A stretch of DNA of 64,000 bases from a plasmid. A program made the position numbers and the translations under genes. The stretch lies in the sequence record NZ_CP043850.1; one strand, given 5' to 3'. The notes beneath the pieces were generated by a model, which saw only the letters and a list, made by a program, of their open reading frames with translations, did no database searches and had not been told where the DNA came from. Shown here piece by piece: positions 35,701-45,853 of this stretch. Position 1 is the first letter of the stretch. Every line of letters starts with the position of its first letter.

Positions 35701-36600
35701 TCACGCCGCGTCTGCGGGCGTGTGGTCCATGATCAACTCGTACTCGACCGGCGTCAATCGGCCCAGGCGCACCTGCCGGCGGCGGCGGTGGTAGGTCCGC
35801 TCGATCCAGGTGATGATCCCGGCCCGCAGCTCGTCCCGGGTGTCCCAGTCGCGTCGGTCCAGCACGTTCTTCTGCAGCAACGCGAAGAAGGACTCCATAG
35901 CCGCGTTGTCCCCTGCAGCACCGACCTGTCCCATGGACCCGATCAGCCCGTGGGCGGTCAGGGCGTCCTGGAATAGGGCCGAGCGGAATTGCGAGCCGCG
36001 GTCCGAGTGCACGATGCACCCGGCCACCACGTCGGTGCCTCCGCGGCGGGCCACGGCCTGCTCGAGCGCGTTCACGGCCAACGAGGCCTGCATCCGGTCG
36101 GCCATGGAGTACCCCACGATCCGTCCGGCGTAGAGATCCTTGATCGCGCAGAGGTAGAGCTTGCCCTCACCGGTGGGGTGTTCGGTGATGTCGGTCAACC
36201 ACAGCCGGTTGGGCTCCTCGGCAGAGAAGTCCCGGCGGACGTGGTCATCGTGCACGGGCGGGCCTGGGCGGGTCCCGTTCTTGCCGCGCTTGGCCCCGAA
36301 CGCGCAGTGCCACTGGTTCTCGTGGCAGAGCCGCCAGGCGGTACGGGCCGCCATCGGAGCGCCAGCATTCTCGGCCTCGTCGCGCAGCAGCCGGTACCCG
36401 AACTCGGGATCGTTCTGGTGGGCGTCGTGGAGGGCGTTGGCCCGGTGAGCGGCCTCCACCTCCGCGGTGGTGACAGGGTTCTGGAGCCAGCGGTAGTAGG
36501 GCTGGCGGGCGAGCTTGAGGACCCGCAAGGACACCACGACCGGGATCTGGTCGGCGGCGAGCTCGGACACGAGCGGGTACATCATTTTTTCGGCAGGTTC
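35701..36600 (-). CDS. IS3 OrfB (DDE integrase-type transposase catalytic part, made as an OrfAB fusion)
   Basis: ..KMMYPLVSELAADQIPVVVSLRVL..; rve-type core. Confidence 0.8.
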   Translation of the reverse strand, partial: EPAEKMMYPLVSELAADQIPVVVSLRVLKLARQPYYRWLQNPVTTAEVEAAHRANALHDAHQNDPEFGYRLLRDEAENAGAPMAARTAWRLCHENQWHCAFGAKRGKNGTRPGPPVHDDHVRRDFSAEEPNRLWLTDITEHPTGEGKLYLCAIKDLYAGRIVGYSMADRMQASLAVNALEQAVARRGGTDVVAGCIVHSDRGSQFRSALFQDALTAHGLIGSMGQVGAAGDNAAMESFFALLQKNVLDRRDWDTRDELRAGIITWIERTYHRRRRQVRLGRLTPVEYELIMDHTPADAA

Positions 36601-36875
36601 GCCTGGGAGAGGTAGGCCGCGGCGCGGCGTAGGACTTCGTTCTCCTGCTCGAGCAGCCGGATCCTGCGGCGGGCTGCGCGGAGTTCTTCGGCCTCGGCCT
36701 TGGTGGGGCCGGGCTTGTTCCCAGCTTCGATCTCGGCCTGGCGCATCCAGTTCGTCAGACAAGAGAAGCTGATCCCGAAGTCCTTCGCGATCTGCTTCAA
36801 GTGGGTGCCGGGCTCACGGTTCTGGGCGACGCGGACGACGTCATCGCGGAACTCTTGGGGGTAGGGGGCGGGCAT
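36582..36875 (-). CDS. IS3 OrfA (HTH transposase N-terminal part)
   Basis: start MPAPYPQEFRDDVVRVAQN; ends at the GAAAAAATG slippery run. Confidence 0.8.
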   Translation of the reverse strand: MPAPYPQEFRDDVVRVAQNREPGTHLKQIAKDFGISFSCLTNWMRQAEIEAGNKPGPTKAEAEELRAARRRIRLLEQENEVLRRAAAYLSQANLPKK

Positions 36876-36935
36876 GGTGCACATCCTTCCCTGCGGTGTG
36901 GGAACACCACAGATCGTATGTCACCTATACGTGCA

Positions 36936-37217
36936 TCAGTCCCGTTCAAGTGAGTAGATCCTGGAACGGCCGAACTTCAGACGGATGCCGTAGCCGCCGT
37001 TGGGTCCGTCAGGCAGAAACTCTGCCCCCAATTCTTCGAGGGCGGCCCGCACACGCTCCTGCTTCTTCTCCGACAAGTCGTGTCGCCCCTTCTCGAAGTC
37101 GCGCAACTCTTCCTTGGTCACGTTGGCTTCGCGGGCGATATATTGGGCGCTCACCTTCACGAGGATGCGCGCGGCGCGTGTCATGTCCCCGTTGGAGATG
37201 TGCTGGCTCTCCATCAC
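36936..37217 (-). CDS. XRE-family HTH transcriptional regulator
   Basis: motif ISNGDMTRAARILVKVSAQYIAREANVT. Confidence 0.6.
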   Translation of the reverse strand: MMESQHISNGDMTRAARILVKVSAQYIAREANVTKEELRDFEKGRHDLSEKKQERVRAALEELGAEFLPDGPNGGYGIRLKFGRSRIYSLERD

Positions 37218-37258
37218 TCGCCTCCTGCGACGTGTGTCCTATTGGGCTCAGCGGGAAG

Positions 37259-37332
37259 TGGAGGTGCCTACGGGATTCGAACCCGTGTAAACGGTTTTGC
37301 AGGCCGCTGCCTATCCTCTCGGCCAAGGCACC
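37259..37332 (-). tRNA. tRNA-Cys (anticodon GCA), CCA encoded
   Basis: 5'-GGTGCCT..CTGCAAA..ACGGGTTCGAATCCCGT AGGCACC T CCA-3' folds as a cloverleaf; anticodon loop CT-GCA-AA. Confidence 0.85.
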
Positions 37333-37347
37333 AAGTCGCCGGCGAAG

Positions 37348-37866
37348 TCAGTCGCCCGGCGTGAGGCCAGCAACCAGGTTGAAGGCGCCGGTGAGAATGT
37401 TCAGCGACACGACCCCGACGACATCAGAGATCTCACGGTCGCTGTACCCGTATCCCCGAAGCTCGTCAATCTGCTCGTCGGTGATCGACGTAGGCTCACG
37501 GTAGACCTGGAGGCCGAGCGCGATCATCGCCGCGACCGGGCTGGTCATCGCCGTACCCTGCTGGGCGAGTGCGATCTCGTCATCGCTGACCCCGAGCGAT
37601 CGTGCCGCGCTGATGTGCGAGGCCAGGCACATTCCGCATCCCTGCTTCGACTGCACGGCGATCGAAACGAGCTCGCTGACTTTACGGTCGAGCTTGGCGC
37701 GACGCATGGCTTTGCTCAGGTCGAGATAACCGCCGAGCACCGCCGGGGAGTGCGCCATCGTCGAGACCATGTCTCCGACCTGGCCGTGCCGCTCGACGAG
37801 ATCGCCGAGCAAGTCTCGTGAGGCCCCCACTGCGGTCTCAGGGGTTAATCGGGAAAAACGGGGCAT
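37348..37866 (-). CDS. AhpD-like / carboxymuconolactone-decarboxylase-family peroxidase-related protein
   Basis: CxxCxxxH signature CGMCLASH; start MPRFSRL with a GGAGG SD. Confidence 0.7.
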   Translation of the reverse strand: MPRFSRLTPETAVGASRDLLGDLVERHGQVGDMVSTMAHSPAVLGGYLDLSKAMRRAKLDRKVSELVSIAVQSKQGCGMCLASHISAARSLGVSDDEIALAQQGTAMTSPVAAMIALGLQVYREPTSITDEQIDELRGYGYSDREISDVVGVVSLNILTGAFNLVAGLTPGD

Positions 37867-37879
37867 GATGCCTCCTCTG

Positions 37880-38251
37880 TCAGTTCGGTCGCAAGTTCGA
37901 GGTGGGAGAACCTGCACGAGTGCGTTCCTGCTGCTGATGTTCGGCATGGAAGATCGCAGCCTCAGCCAGCGCCCCGGCATGCACACCGTTCAATAGGTAG
38001 AAGTCGCGGGACTCGCGTCGCTGCCGACTCACGATCCCGGCCGACTCCAGGCGGTGAAGCTCGTGGGAGGTCTGGTCGACGGGAAGGTCGACGATGTCCG
38101 CCAGATGATTGGCAGAGACCTCGATGTCGCGAATGGCGAGGATCATCTTCACACTCACCAGATTCGCCAGCAACGCGAAGACTCCGACCGCCGCATTCAG
38201 ATGCGGTGTGTCATACGTGGCGTGCGCGTGCTCAACCTCTTTCATAGTCAT
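37880..38251 (-). CDS. winged-helix transcriptional regulator (ArsR/SmtB-like)
   Basis: HTH NHLADIVDLPVDQTSHELHRLESAGIV; operator palindrome directly upstream. Confidence 0.5.
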   Translation of the reverse strand: MTMKEVEHAHATYDTPHLNAAVGVFALLANLVSVKMILAIRDIEVSANHLADIVDLPVDQTSHELHRLESAGIVSRQRRESRDFYLLNGVHAGALAEAAIFHAEHQQQERTRAGSPTSNLRPN

Positions 38252-38257
38252 TAATAC

Positions 38258-38279
38258 TACCCTATACCCCTATAGGGTA
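38258..38279. promoter_or_regulatory. CsoR-type operator palindrome TACCCTATACCCCTATAGGGTA
   Basis: near-perfect dyad 7 bp upstream of the start codon at 38251. Confidence 0.55.
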
Positions 38280-38286
38280 TCAAGGG

Positions 38287-38952
38287 TTATTCAATCGATG
38301 TGACGGACTTGGAGACGCGTGGCCGGGTGCGGCGGATCGGGGTGAGGCCAGAGGCGACGGGTCCGCGCAGGAGCACGTGTCCAGTCGGGAGGGTCAACCG
38401 CGTCCAACGGCCGGCGGTTGAGATCGTGGCCCCGTTTCCTCGGCTGAGGAACCCGAAGACGTAGGCGGCGAACGCAACGCCTTGTGGCAGCGATGCGAGT
38501 GCCGTGTCCGGGGTGCCCCAGACCGTGCCCCGGATCTTGCGGACGACATCGTCGCCGGGTTTGTCGGGAAGTGCTTGGGCGACGGCCTCGATGCCGGCAC
38601 GGGCGCTGCGCATCAGCGTCAGGCTGGTCACATCGGCAATAAGTCTCCACCCGTGTTGCGGGGGTTCGACGCTGGTCCAGGCGGGTGCCAGCGCGGTCTC
38701 CGGCAGCGCCAGGGTCAGGGGGTCGGCGGTCGCGGTCAGGGTGTCGACGGTGACGTCGCACTGCAGCTCGGGGTCGGAGCGGAGCGTGCGAAGGACGAGG
38801 ATCGTAGGAGTGCGGTCGAGCGGGCCACGGGGCGTTAGCGCGGCTGCGGCCTGCAAGCGCACGCCATGGGCACCGGCCTGCGCGGCCCGCTGAGCGAAGG
38901 TGAGCGCGTCGCGGGCGGGCGGCGCGTCGGCGAGGATCAAGCGCGCTGGCAT
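38287..38952 (-). CDS. hypothetical protein
   Basis: 221-aa ORF, no recognised motif. Confidence 0.4.
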   Translation of the reverse strand: MPARLILADAPPARDALTFAQRAAQAGAHGVRLQAAAALTPRGPLDRTPTILVLRTLRSDPELQCDVTVDTLTATADPLTLALPETALAPAWTSVEPPQHGWRLIADVTSLTLMRSARAGIEAVAQALPDKPGDDVVRKIRGTVWGTPDTALASLPQGVAFAAYVFGFLSRGNGATISTAGRWTRLTLPTGHVLLRGPVASGLTPIRRTRPRVSKSVTSIE

Positions 38953-39004
38953 CCTGAGGGTTTGTGCCCGCCGTGTCCTGGAACGCGGTGGTCAGGGGCC
39001 GGGT

Positions 39005-39316
39005 TCAGGAGCGAACGAGCCGGTTGATGGCGTCGGTGGCTTCCTGGATCTTCTCGACGGCCGCCTCGTCGCTGAGCTTGGCGGCATCAAGCACGCAGTG
39101 CTTGAGATGGTCGTCGAGCAGACCAGTCGCGACCCCCTGGAGGGCACGGGTCAGGGCGGAGACCTGGGTGAGGATGTCGATGCAGTACTTCTCCTCATCG
39201 ATCATCTTCGCGATCCCACGCGCCTGTCCTTCGATGCGCTTCATGCGGCCGAGATAGCGCTCCTTGTCGCTGATGTAGCCGTGCTGGTGGGAATCGTTAT
39301 CGACAGACATGGGCAT
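39005..39316 (-). CDS. csoR: CsoR/RcnR-family copper-sensing repressor
   Basis: start MPMSVDN; motif HGYISDKERY..RIEGQARGIAKMIDEEKYCIDILTQV..HLKHC. Confidence 0.85.
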   Translation of the reverse strand: MPMSVDNDSHQHGYISDKERYLGRMKRIEGQARGIAKMIDEEKYCIDILTQVSALTRALQGVATGLLDDHLKHCVLDAAKLSDEAAVEKIQEATDAINRLVRS

Positions 39317-39320
39317 GTCC

Positions 39321-41558
39321 TTACTTCTGGCGCTCCAGGACGGAACGCGTGCTAGCTTCGGGTGTAAGGTCGATGCGCCGCAGCAGCTGGGCGTTGAGCG
39401 CGACAACCACGGTGGAGGCTGACATCAGGATCGCGCCGATCGACATTGGCAGGACGAGTCCCACCGGTGCGAGGATACCGGCCGCCAACGGCACCGAAAG
39501 AAGGTTGTAGCCGGCGGCCCACCACAGGTTCTGCTTCATCTTGCCGTATGCGCGTCGCGACAGCTGGATGATCGAGAGCACGCTGCGTGGGTCGGAACTG
39601 GCCAGGATCACCCCGGCCGAGGCGATGGCGACATCGGTGCCAGCGCCGATCGCGATGCCGACATCGGCCTGCGCCAGAGCCGGGGCGTCGTTGACGCCGT
39701 CGCCGACCATCGCGACCCTCTTGCCCTCTTCCTGCAGCTGGGAGACCTTCGCGGACTTGTCCTCCGGGCGCACGCCGGCGAAGACGCGGTCGATGCCGAG
39801 CTCCTTGCCGACCTCGTTCGCGACCGCCTCGGCATCGCCGGTGATCATGACGACCTCGACGCCGAGGGCGTGGAGGGCGTCGACGGCGTAGCGGGATTCT
39901 GGCCGGACCTCGTCGGCGAGCCTCAGCCCGCCGACCACCTGGCCGCCGCGGAGAACGTGCAGAATGATCGCGCCCTCGGAGCGCCATGCCTCGGCCGTGC
40001 CGACCTCGTGCTGACCGGTCTCCTCGAGCAGCCGGGGCCCGCCGACGCGGACCTCCTGGCCGGAGACGGTCGCAGTGACGCCGACGGCGGGCGAGGATGA
40101 GAAGCCGCTGGCCTGCTGGAGGGCAAAACCCTTGTCCTTGGCGGCGGTGACGATGGCCTTGGCGAGCGGGTGCTCGCTGTCGGCCTCGGCCGAGGCAGCG
40201 AGGGCGAGGACCTGGTCGGCGTCGAGTTCGCCGGTCGGCTCGACGCCGGTGACGGTGGGCTCGCCCTTGGTCAGCGTGCCGGTCTTGTCGAACAGGACCG
40301 CGTCGACCTGCCGCATGGACTCCAGCGCCAGGCGGTCCTTCACTAGGACGCCGCCGCGGGCGGCTCGCTCGGTGGCGATGGAGACGACCAGCGGGATCGC
40401 CAGGCCGAGGGCGTGGGGGCAGGCGATGACGAGCACGGTGATGGTGCGCACGACGGCCTCGTCGGGCATGCCGATGAGCGTCCAGACGACCGCAGTGACC
40501 AGCGCCGCGCCAAGAGCGAACCAGAACAGCCAGGCCGCGGCCTTGTCGGCGATCCGCTGGGCGCGGGAGGATGAGTTCTGCGCCTCGGCGACGAGCCGGT
40601 TGATGCCGGCCAGGGCGGTGTCGTCACCGGTGGCGGTGATCTCCACCCGCAGGCCGGAGTCGGTGGCGACGGTGCCGGCGGTGACGGTCTGGCCCTCGCC
40701 GCGAGAGACCGGGCGGGACTCGCCGGTGATCATGGACTCGTCCATCTCGGCGCGGCCGTCGACGATGGTTCCGTCAGCCGGGACGCTGCCGCCGGGGCGC
40801 ACGAGGACCACGTCGCCCACGTCGAGGTCGGCTGGGGCCACCTTGACGACGTTCTCGCCCTCGACGCGCTCGGCCTCGTCTGGCAGCAGTGCCGCCAACG
40901 AGTCGAGCGCCGAGGTGGTCTGGGCCAGGGAGCGCATCTCGATCCAATGGCCCAGCAGCATGATTACGATCAGCAGCGCCAGTTCCCACCAGAATTCGAG
41001 CTCATGATGGACGAGCCCGAGCGTGGCGGCCCAGGAAGCGAAGAAGGCCACCGTGATCGCCAGAGCGATGAGCAGCATCATCCCGGGCTTGCGGGACTTC
41101 AACTCGCTGACGGCACCGGTGAGGAAGGGCCTGCCGCCCCAGACGTACATGACGGTGCCCAGTGCCGCGGCGACCCAGCCCGCCCAGCCGGGGACCTCGT
41201 AGCCCAGCAGCATGGCGAACATCGGTGAGAGGGCGACCGCGGGGATGGCGATGACGAGGTTGATCCAAAACAGTCGGCGGAACTGGCCAACGTGGTCCCC
41301 GTGCCCGCCATGGCCGCTGTGATCTCCGTACCCACCGTGCTGGGCATGCTCATCGTGGCCGCCGTGCTCGTCGAGGCCCGTGTGGCCTGAGTGCTGCCCG
41401 TGGTCCATGGCGTGGCCCTGATGCCCGGTGTGCTGACCCTCGCGCGTGCCGTGCGCATCCGCCGAGGCGTGCGCGGACACAGACCCGTGGTGATGCTCGC
41501 CGTGGGCGGGTGTATCGGTTTCGTGACCGTGATGCTGTTGTGAGTTCGGGTCCGTCAT
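39321..41558 (-). CDS. copB: P1B-type heavy-metal ATPase of the CopB type (His-rich N-terminus, CPH motif)
   Basis: His-rich N-terminus (HHGHETD..HGEHHHGS..); CPH motif IACPHALGLAIP; DKTGT and GDGVNDAP motifs. Confidence 0.85.
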   Translation of the reverse strand: MTDPNSQQHHGHETDTPAHGEHHHGSVSAHASADAHGTREGQHTGHQGHAMDHGQHSGHTGLDEHGGHDEHAQHGGYGDHSGHGGHGDHVGQFRRLFWINLVIAIPAVALSPMFAMLLGYEVPGWAGWVAAALGTVMYVWGGRPFLTGAVSELKSRKPGMMLLIALAITVAFFASWAATLGLVHHELEFWWELALLIVIMLLGHWIEMRSLAQTTSALDSLAALLPDEAERVEGENVVKVAPADLDVGDVVLVRPGGSVPADGTIVDGRAEMDESMITGESRPVSRGEGQTVTAGTVATDSGLRVEITATGDDTALAGINRLVAEAQNSSSRAQRIADKAAAWLFWFALGAALVTAVVWTLIGMPDEAVVRTITVLVIACPHALGLAIPLVVSIATERAARGGVLVKDRLALESMRQVDAVLFDKTGTLTKGEPTVTGVEPTGELDADQVLALAASAEADSEHPLAKAIVTAAKDKGFALQQASGFSSSPAVGVTATVSGQEVRVGGPRLLEETGQHEVGTAEAWRSEGAIILHVLRGGQVVGGLRLADEVRPESRYAVDALHALGVEVVMITGDAEAVANEVGKELGIDRVFAGVRPEDKSAKVSQLQEEGKRVAMVGDGVNDAPALAQADVGIAIGAGTDVAIASAGVILASSDPRSVLSIIQLSRRAYGKMKQNLWWAAGYNLLSVPLAAGILAPVGLVLPMSIGAILMSASTVVVALNAQLLRRIDLTPEASTRSVLERQK

Positions 41559-41628
41559 GATTCCTCTCCTCCGTCATCGAGCCAGGCCGATTGCCGCTCA
41601 CCCGGTGGCCGGGCAAGCGAACGTCGGC

Positions 41629-42246
41629 TCAGGACGCTGGTTGGATCTCGCTCTCGACGACCCACTTGTGGTTCGTCATCTTCATGCCGTCCGTCTCGTA
41701 GTCGACCATGTAGACCGTCTCATCGGTGGACGAAGCAATGATGGCCTTTACGCCTTCCATGCCTTCCATGTGCTCGGCGAGCAGAGTCACCTCTGTGCCG
41801 TCGGCCAGGCGCGCGTCGCCGGCATCCTCAATTTCTTCCTGCACGACCCACTTGTGATCAGTGACGGGGTCGCCGCCACCTGCGGGCGTGTAGTTCACGG
41901 AGTACGTGTACGTGTCGAATGCGCCGGAAATCGTTGCTGTAGCCCCTTCCATGCCTTCCATGTGGTCGGCCGTGAGCTGCACCTCGGTACCGACAGGGTA
42001 GGTGGGCTCACTGGCTTCGGCGATACCCTCGGGTGCCGGTCCGCCGTCCATCGGGTGCTCCATCTCTTCATCACCGCTTTCTGCGTTGTTGCCGCCGTGG
42101 CCCTGATGCTCCTCAGTAGCCGAGGGGTCGGTCTGCTGGTTGTCGTCTGCTCCGCTGGCGCAACCGGCGAGCACGAGCGCCACTCCGAGGGCTCCCGCTG
42201 CCAGTCCTGTTCGCAGTCTCCTCTGCATGTCATTTCCTTTCATCAA
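41629..42246 (-). CDS. lipoprotein with two DUF1541/YdhK-like repeats and His/Met-rich motifs (HMEGMEG twice), putative copper-binding
   Basis: signal peptide plus lipobox LAGCASG; internal duplication ..TDHKWVV.EEI.. Confidence 0.6.
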   Translation of the reverse strand: MMKGNDMQRRLRTGLAAGALGVALVLAGCASGADDNQQTDPSATEEHQGHGGNNAESGDEEMEHPMDGGPAPEGIAEASEPTYPVGTEVQLTADHMEGMEGATATISGAFDTYTYSVNYTPAGGGDPVTDHKWVVQEEIEDAGDARLADGTEVTLLAEHMEGMEGVKAIIASSTDETVYMVDYETDGMKMTNHKWVVESEIQPAS

Positions 42247-42252
42247 TATGCC

Positions 42253-42274
42253 TACCCTATACCCCTAGGGGGTA
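42253..42274. promoter_or_regulatory. CsoR-type operator palindrome TACCCTATACCCCTAGGGGGTA, with a TTGACT -35-like box on the gene strand
   Basis: 7 bp upstream of the lipoprotein start codon; shares GTACTAGTCAA with the site at 49355. Confidence 0.6.
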
Positions 42275-42325
42275 CTAGTCAAGACTTGTGTGTTGTGTCG
42301 GTATGGATCAATCGGAAACCCCTTC

Positions 42326-42655
42326 TCAGAGGGTCTGCTCGTGTTGGATGGGCAATGCGGCGATGAGGGGATGGTCGAAGCCCGTCGGTCCGGTCTTCGC
42401 GGCTCCTCCGGGAGAACCCAACTCGTCGAAGAACTCGACGTTGGCCTTGGAGTAGTCAGACCATTCGTCGGGCAGGTCGTCTTCGTAGTAGATGGCCTCG
42501 ACGGGGCAGACCGGTTCGCAGGCTCCGCAGTCGACGCATTCGTCGGGGTGGATGTAGAGCGAGCGTTCGCCCTCGTAGATGCAGTCGACAGGACATTCGT
42601 CGATGCAGGCGCGGTCCTTGACGTCCACGCAGGGAAGCGCGATCACGTAGGTCAT
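42326..42655 (-). CDS. fdxA: ferredoxin (7Fe FdxA-type)
   Basis: Cys clusters CIDECPVDC and [12 protein letters not shown]. Confidence 0.85.
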   Translation of the reverse strand: MTYVIALPCVDVKDRACIDECPVDCIYEGERSLYIHPDECVDCGACEPVCPVEAIYYEDDLPDEWSDYSKANVEFFDELGSPGGAAKTGPTGFDHPLIAALPIQHEQTL

Positions 42656-43929
42656 GGCTGCTCCTCTCGGTCGGGTGCGGATCGGCGGTGAGAGCCGGTG
42701 GGAGGCTCGGGGAAGTCGTCAGCCTCTGCCGGGCCTGCGGCCGGGTGCGGGATGCGCAGGCGCAGGACGGTGGCGACGAGGCTGAGGGCGATGATGATCG
42801 CACCGAGGATCGTCATCGTCCCCGACAGGGTGAGCACCGGCACGAGCAATCCGGCGACGATGGTGGGCACGCCGAATGCCAGGTAGGCAACTGTGTAGAT
42901 CACAGCCATCACGGCGGCGCGTTCCGACGATGCCGTGTGGGGCATGAGTGTGCGCAGTACCCCGAGGAACGCTGTGCCGAACCCGGAACCGACGATCGCG
43001 ACCGAGGCGACATAGGCTGGGTAGGAACCGAGTGCGAGGGCGCCGATGCTCACTGCGGTGCCGAACGCCAGGGCACTGGTCGCATACAGGCTGATGGTGC
43101 GGGCGGAACGCCGCTGTAGGACGGAGGAGGCGGTGACTCCGGAGATCGCCAGTGCGAAGAGGACGATCCCAGCTTGGGTGTGCGTGGAGCCCCCAAGCTC
43201 ACTGCCGACGAGGTCGGCTCCGAGCGCAAGGAAGAGTCCGTTGGTCGCCCACCCGGCGATGATCACGGGCACTCCGACGGTGAACATGCGGCGTAGGTGC
43301 GGTGGCACGGTGAACCGCGGACGGAGGTCGCCACGTCGTATCTGGGTCTTCGGGACCAGTTCCGGTGTGCTCCACACGACCGTTGCCACGATGAGGAAGG
43401 CAAGCACGAGCGACCCGAAGACGGCAGTTGTCGGTTCGGAGGTGAGATCGAGGAGAAGTGCAGCACCGAGAGCCCCGGCCCCAAGGCCAATCATCGGGCC
43501 GATCGTGTTCCACAGGGCTGCGATGTTCCGATGTGACGGGGACTCGAAGTCGATCATCATCGCCGACAGCGCCGGGATCAGCAGACCCGCTGCGAGCCCT
43601 TGCAAGGCTCGGGCGACCAGGAGCGCCGCGAGGCTACCGGCGAACCAGAACATGGCCACGCTCAGCGCCAGCGCCAAAGAACCGGCGGCCACGACCGGAC
43701 GTCGGCCGACGTGGTCGGAGAGTGGTCCGAGGTAGAGCAGCGCGGCCAGGAGGGTGAAGGTGTAGACCGCGAACACGAGTGTGGTGGCGACGGGGATGAG
43801 TCCGAGCCGTTCGGCGATCTGGGGATAGAACAAGGACGGCGCGCTGGCAGCGGCCATCATGAGAATGGTCGCTGCCAGCGAGAGCACGAAGCCCCACCGT
43901 GGGATCTGCCTAATACAGTCTCCCGCCAT
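42652..43929 (-). CDS. MFS transporter
   Basis: 425 aa; 12 predicted TM helices. Confidence 0.7.
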   Translation of the reverse strand: MAGDCIRQIPRWGFVLSLAATILMMAAASAPSLFYPQIAERLGLIPVATTLVFAVYTFTLLAALLYLGPLSDHVGRRPVVAAGSLALALSVAMFWFAGSLAALLVARALQGLAAGLLIPALSAMMIDFESPSHRNIAALWNTIGPMIGLGAGALGAALLLDLTSEPTTAVFGSLVLAFLIVATVVWSTPELVPKTQIRRGDLRPRFTVPPHLRRMFTVGVPVIIAGWATNGLFLALGADLVGSELGGSTHTQAGIVLFALAISGVTASSVLQRRSARTISLYATSALAFGTAVSIGALALGSYPAYVASVAIVGSGFGTAFLGVLRTLMPHTASSERAAVMAVIYTVAYLAFGVPTIVAGLLVPVLTLSGTMTILGAIIIALSLVATVLRLRIPHPAAGPAEADDFPEPPTGSHRRSAPDREEQP

Positions 43930-43932
43930 TGC

Positions 43933-45078
43933 CTATGCCCGCACGCCGTGGAGCTGCTGCCCCCACTGGTAGACGGTGCCGACTGCGTCGATGCCAGTGA
44001 CGCCGACGACGATGCCGTCGATCTCGTGGCGGACGATGAACTCCTCACCCGCTTCCAGGTGGGCGTCTGCGCCGGCTGTGTACCCGACTCCGGAGATCAT
44101 CTGACCGTAGACCATTGCCATGTAAGGGCTGCGTGGCAGGTAGGCGCCCGGATCGTCGCTAACGCCGAGGTCGTGCAATGCGGCCCGCGCGGCATGCGCA
44201 CCCTGTGCGGCGGCGTCTTCCCAATGGTCGATGCGCCAGGCGTCCAGTGCTTCGTCGTGGTGCGTGGCCACGCCTCCGGCTGCGTAGACGTGGTCTGCCG
44301 CGGCGCGGAGGTGATCGTCGACGTCGATACCGTTCGTCCACGGTGACGGGGCTGCGGGCGTCGTGCCGAGCGCGAGGAGAAGGAAGTCAGCCACGACGGG
44401 ATTTCCGTCGTTGAGGGTGATGGTGACACCGGATTCTGTTTCGTCGACATGCTGGAGAGTGCGACCGAATCGGGCCTGCACCTTGGCGGCATGGTCGGCG
44501 GCGAGGCGCTCAGCCACGGGCGCCCCAAACGCTCCGACGCCGGGAACTGAACTGCGGGAGACCAGCGTGACCATGTGTCCGTCGGCTTGCAGAGACGAGG
44601 CCGTCTCGGCTGCGATGATTCCACCGCCGTAGATCGCTACCCGCGCGGGTCGCCCCAGTCCGGTCAGCAGCTTTCGGATGCCCAGGGCATCCCCCACGGA
44701 GTGAAGAGCGGTGACCCGCCCTTGTCCGGCGTCGTCGCCGCCGAACACGTCAGCGGGCAGGGAGCGGGGCATGCTCCCGGTCGCGACGATGAGCGCGTCG
44801 TAGGAGACTTGTGCGCCGGAGGTCAACTGGGCCTGCTTCGCCGAGGTATCGACTTTAAGCACGGTGTCGGCGATGACCTCGATCTGAGGCAGCGGGAGCT
44901 TGATCATCTCCGGCGGTGTCTGACCGAACGCGATTCCCTTGATGAGCATCCGCGTATAGGGCGTCTCCCCGGTGCGGGTCACCAGCGTCACCCGGACATC
45001 GTCGCGTGAGGCGAGAGTGCGGGCGGCTGCGGCCCCGGCTGCTCCCGATCCGAGGATGAGGACGTGCTGTGGGGTCAT
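43933..45078 (-). CDS. FAD-dependent pyridine-nucleotide-disulfide oxidoreductase (ferredoxin-reductase-like)
   Basis: two Rossmann dinucleotide motifs (ILGSGAAGAAAA and VAIYGGGIIAAE). Confidence 0.7.
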   Translation of the reverse strand: MTPQHVLILGSGAAGAAAARTLASRDDVRVTLVTRTGETPYTRMLIKGIAFGQTPPEMIKLPLPQIEVIADTVLKVDTSAKQAQLTSGAQVSYDALIVATGSMPRSLPADVFGGDDAGQGRVTALHSVGDALGIRKLLTGLGRPARVAIYGGGIIAAETASSLQADGHMVTLVSRSSVPGVGAFGAPVAERLAADHAAKVQARFGRTLQHVDETESGVTITLNDGNPVVADFLLLALGTTPAAPSPWTNGIDVDDHLRAAADHVYAAGGVATHHDEALDAWRIDHWEDAAAQGAHAARAALHDLGVSDDPGAYLPRSPYMAMVYGQMISGVGYTAGADAHLEAGEEFIVRHEIDGIVVGVTGIDAVGTVYQWGQQLHGVRA

Positions 45079-45124
45079 AGAAGAACTCCTGGATGCTGGT
45101 CGTGATCGAACTGATGCGCCGGCG

Positions 45125-45478
45125 TCAGGAGCGCACGAGGCGGGCGATGGCCTCGGACGCCTCGCCGAGCCTCTGCTCGCTGACTGGTCCGCCGGCGAGT
45201 GCGGCGTCGAGGACGCAATGCTTGAGGTGATCGTCGAGCAGGCCGAGGGCGACGTTTTCGAGTGCCCTGGTGACTGCGGAGATCTGGGTGAGGATGTCGA
45301 TGCAGTAGCGGTCCTCGTCGACCATCCGATCGATGCCGCGGATTTGGCCTTCCAGGCGGCGCAGGCGATTGCGGTACTTCGTCTTATCGCTGATGTATCC
45401 GTGGACGGACGCGTCGCCGTCGCCTCCTGCGGGGCAGGTGTCGAGATGGGTTTCGGTGGTGGGAGTCGTAGTGGTCAT
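45125..45478 (-). CDS. csoR: CsoR-family copper-sensing repressor (second copy)
   Basis: motif HGYISDKTKY..RLEGQIRGIDRMVDEDRYCIDILTQ..HLKHC. Confidence 0.85.
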   Translation of the reverse strand: MTTTTPTTETHLDTCPAGGDGDASVHGYISDKTKYRNRLRRLEGQIRGIDRMVDEDRYCIDILTQISAVTRALENVALGLLDDHLKHCVLDAALAGGPVSEQRLGEASEAIARLVRS

Positions 45479-45544
45479 GTCGGCTCGCTCCGATCAGGTG
45501 GCGGGGTGCCGCAGCGGTGCCGCGGCACCCCGCACGCTGGTGGA

Positions 45545-45853
45545 TTACGCCATGTTGGCGGCGTACTTGGCTGGGTCCGAATCGAACGCGGGCCCACAGC
45601 CAGCGCAGCAGAAGTAGTAGCGCTCATCCTCGAAGTCGCGGTAGAGGCCGGCGGCCTCGGCGGTCTTCTTGCTGACCGGGGTGCCGACCATGACCGGGCA
45701 GGTAGTCATGTCATCGGCGCCCCCGCCAAGAAGGTTCTCGCGTCCACCGTTCTCCACGGCCGGGTTGGTCTCGTTCGTGCTGCAGCAGCTGCTCATTCTC
45801 TGGTGTTCCTTCGTTATTGGATTCGTGTGGATGGGTGGGTTCTCGTACGTCAC
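45545..45853 (-). CDS. YHS-domain (TRASH-like) metal-binding protein
   Basis: motif [17 protein letters not shown]; overlaps the copA stop. Confidence 0.7.
   Translation of the reverse strand: MTYENPPIHTNPITKEHQRMSSCCSTNETNPAVENGGRENLLGGGADDMTTCPVMVGTPVSKKTAEAAGLYRDFEDERYYFCCAGCGPAFDSDPAKYAANMA

Larger units (their letters stand above)
35674..36883 (-). mobile_element. IS3-family insertion sequence (orfA/orfB with an A6-type -1 frameshift site near 36586..36592)
   Basis: imperfect terminal IRs (GATGTGCACCATG versus GATGCACCCATAG); boundaries approximate. Confidence 0.8.
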
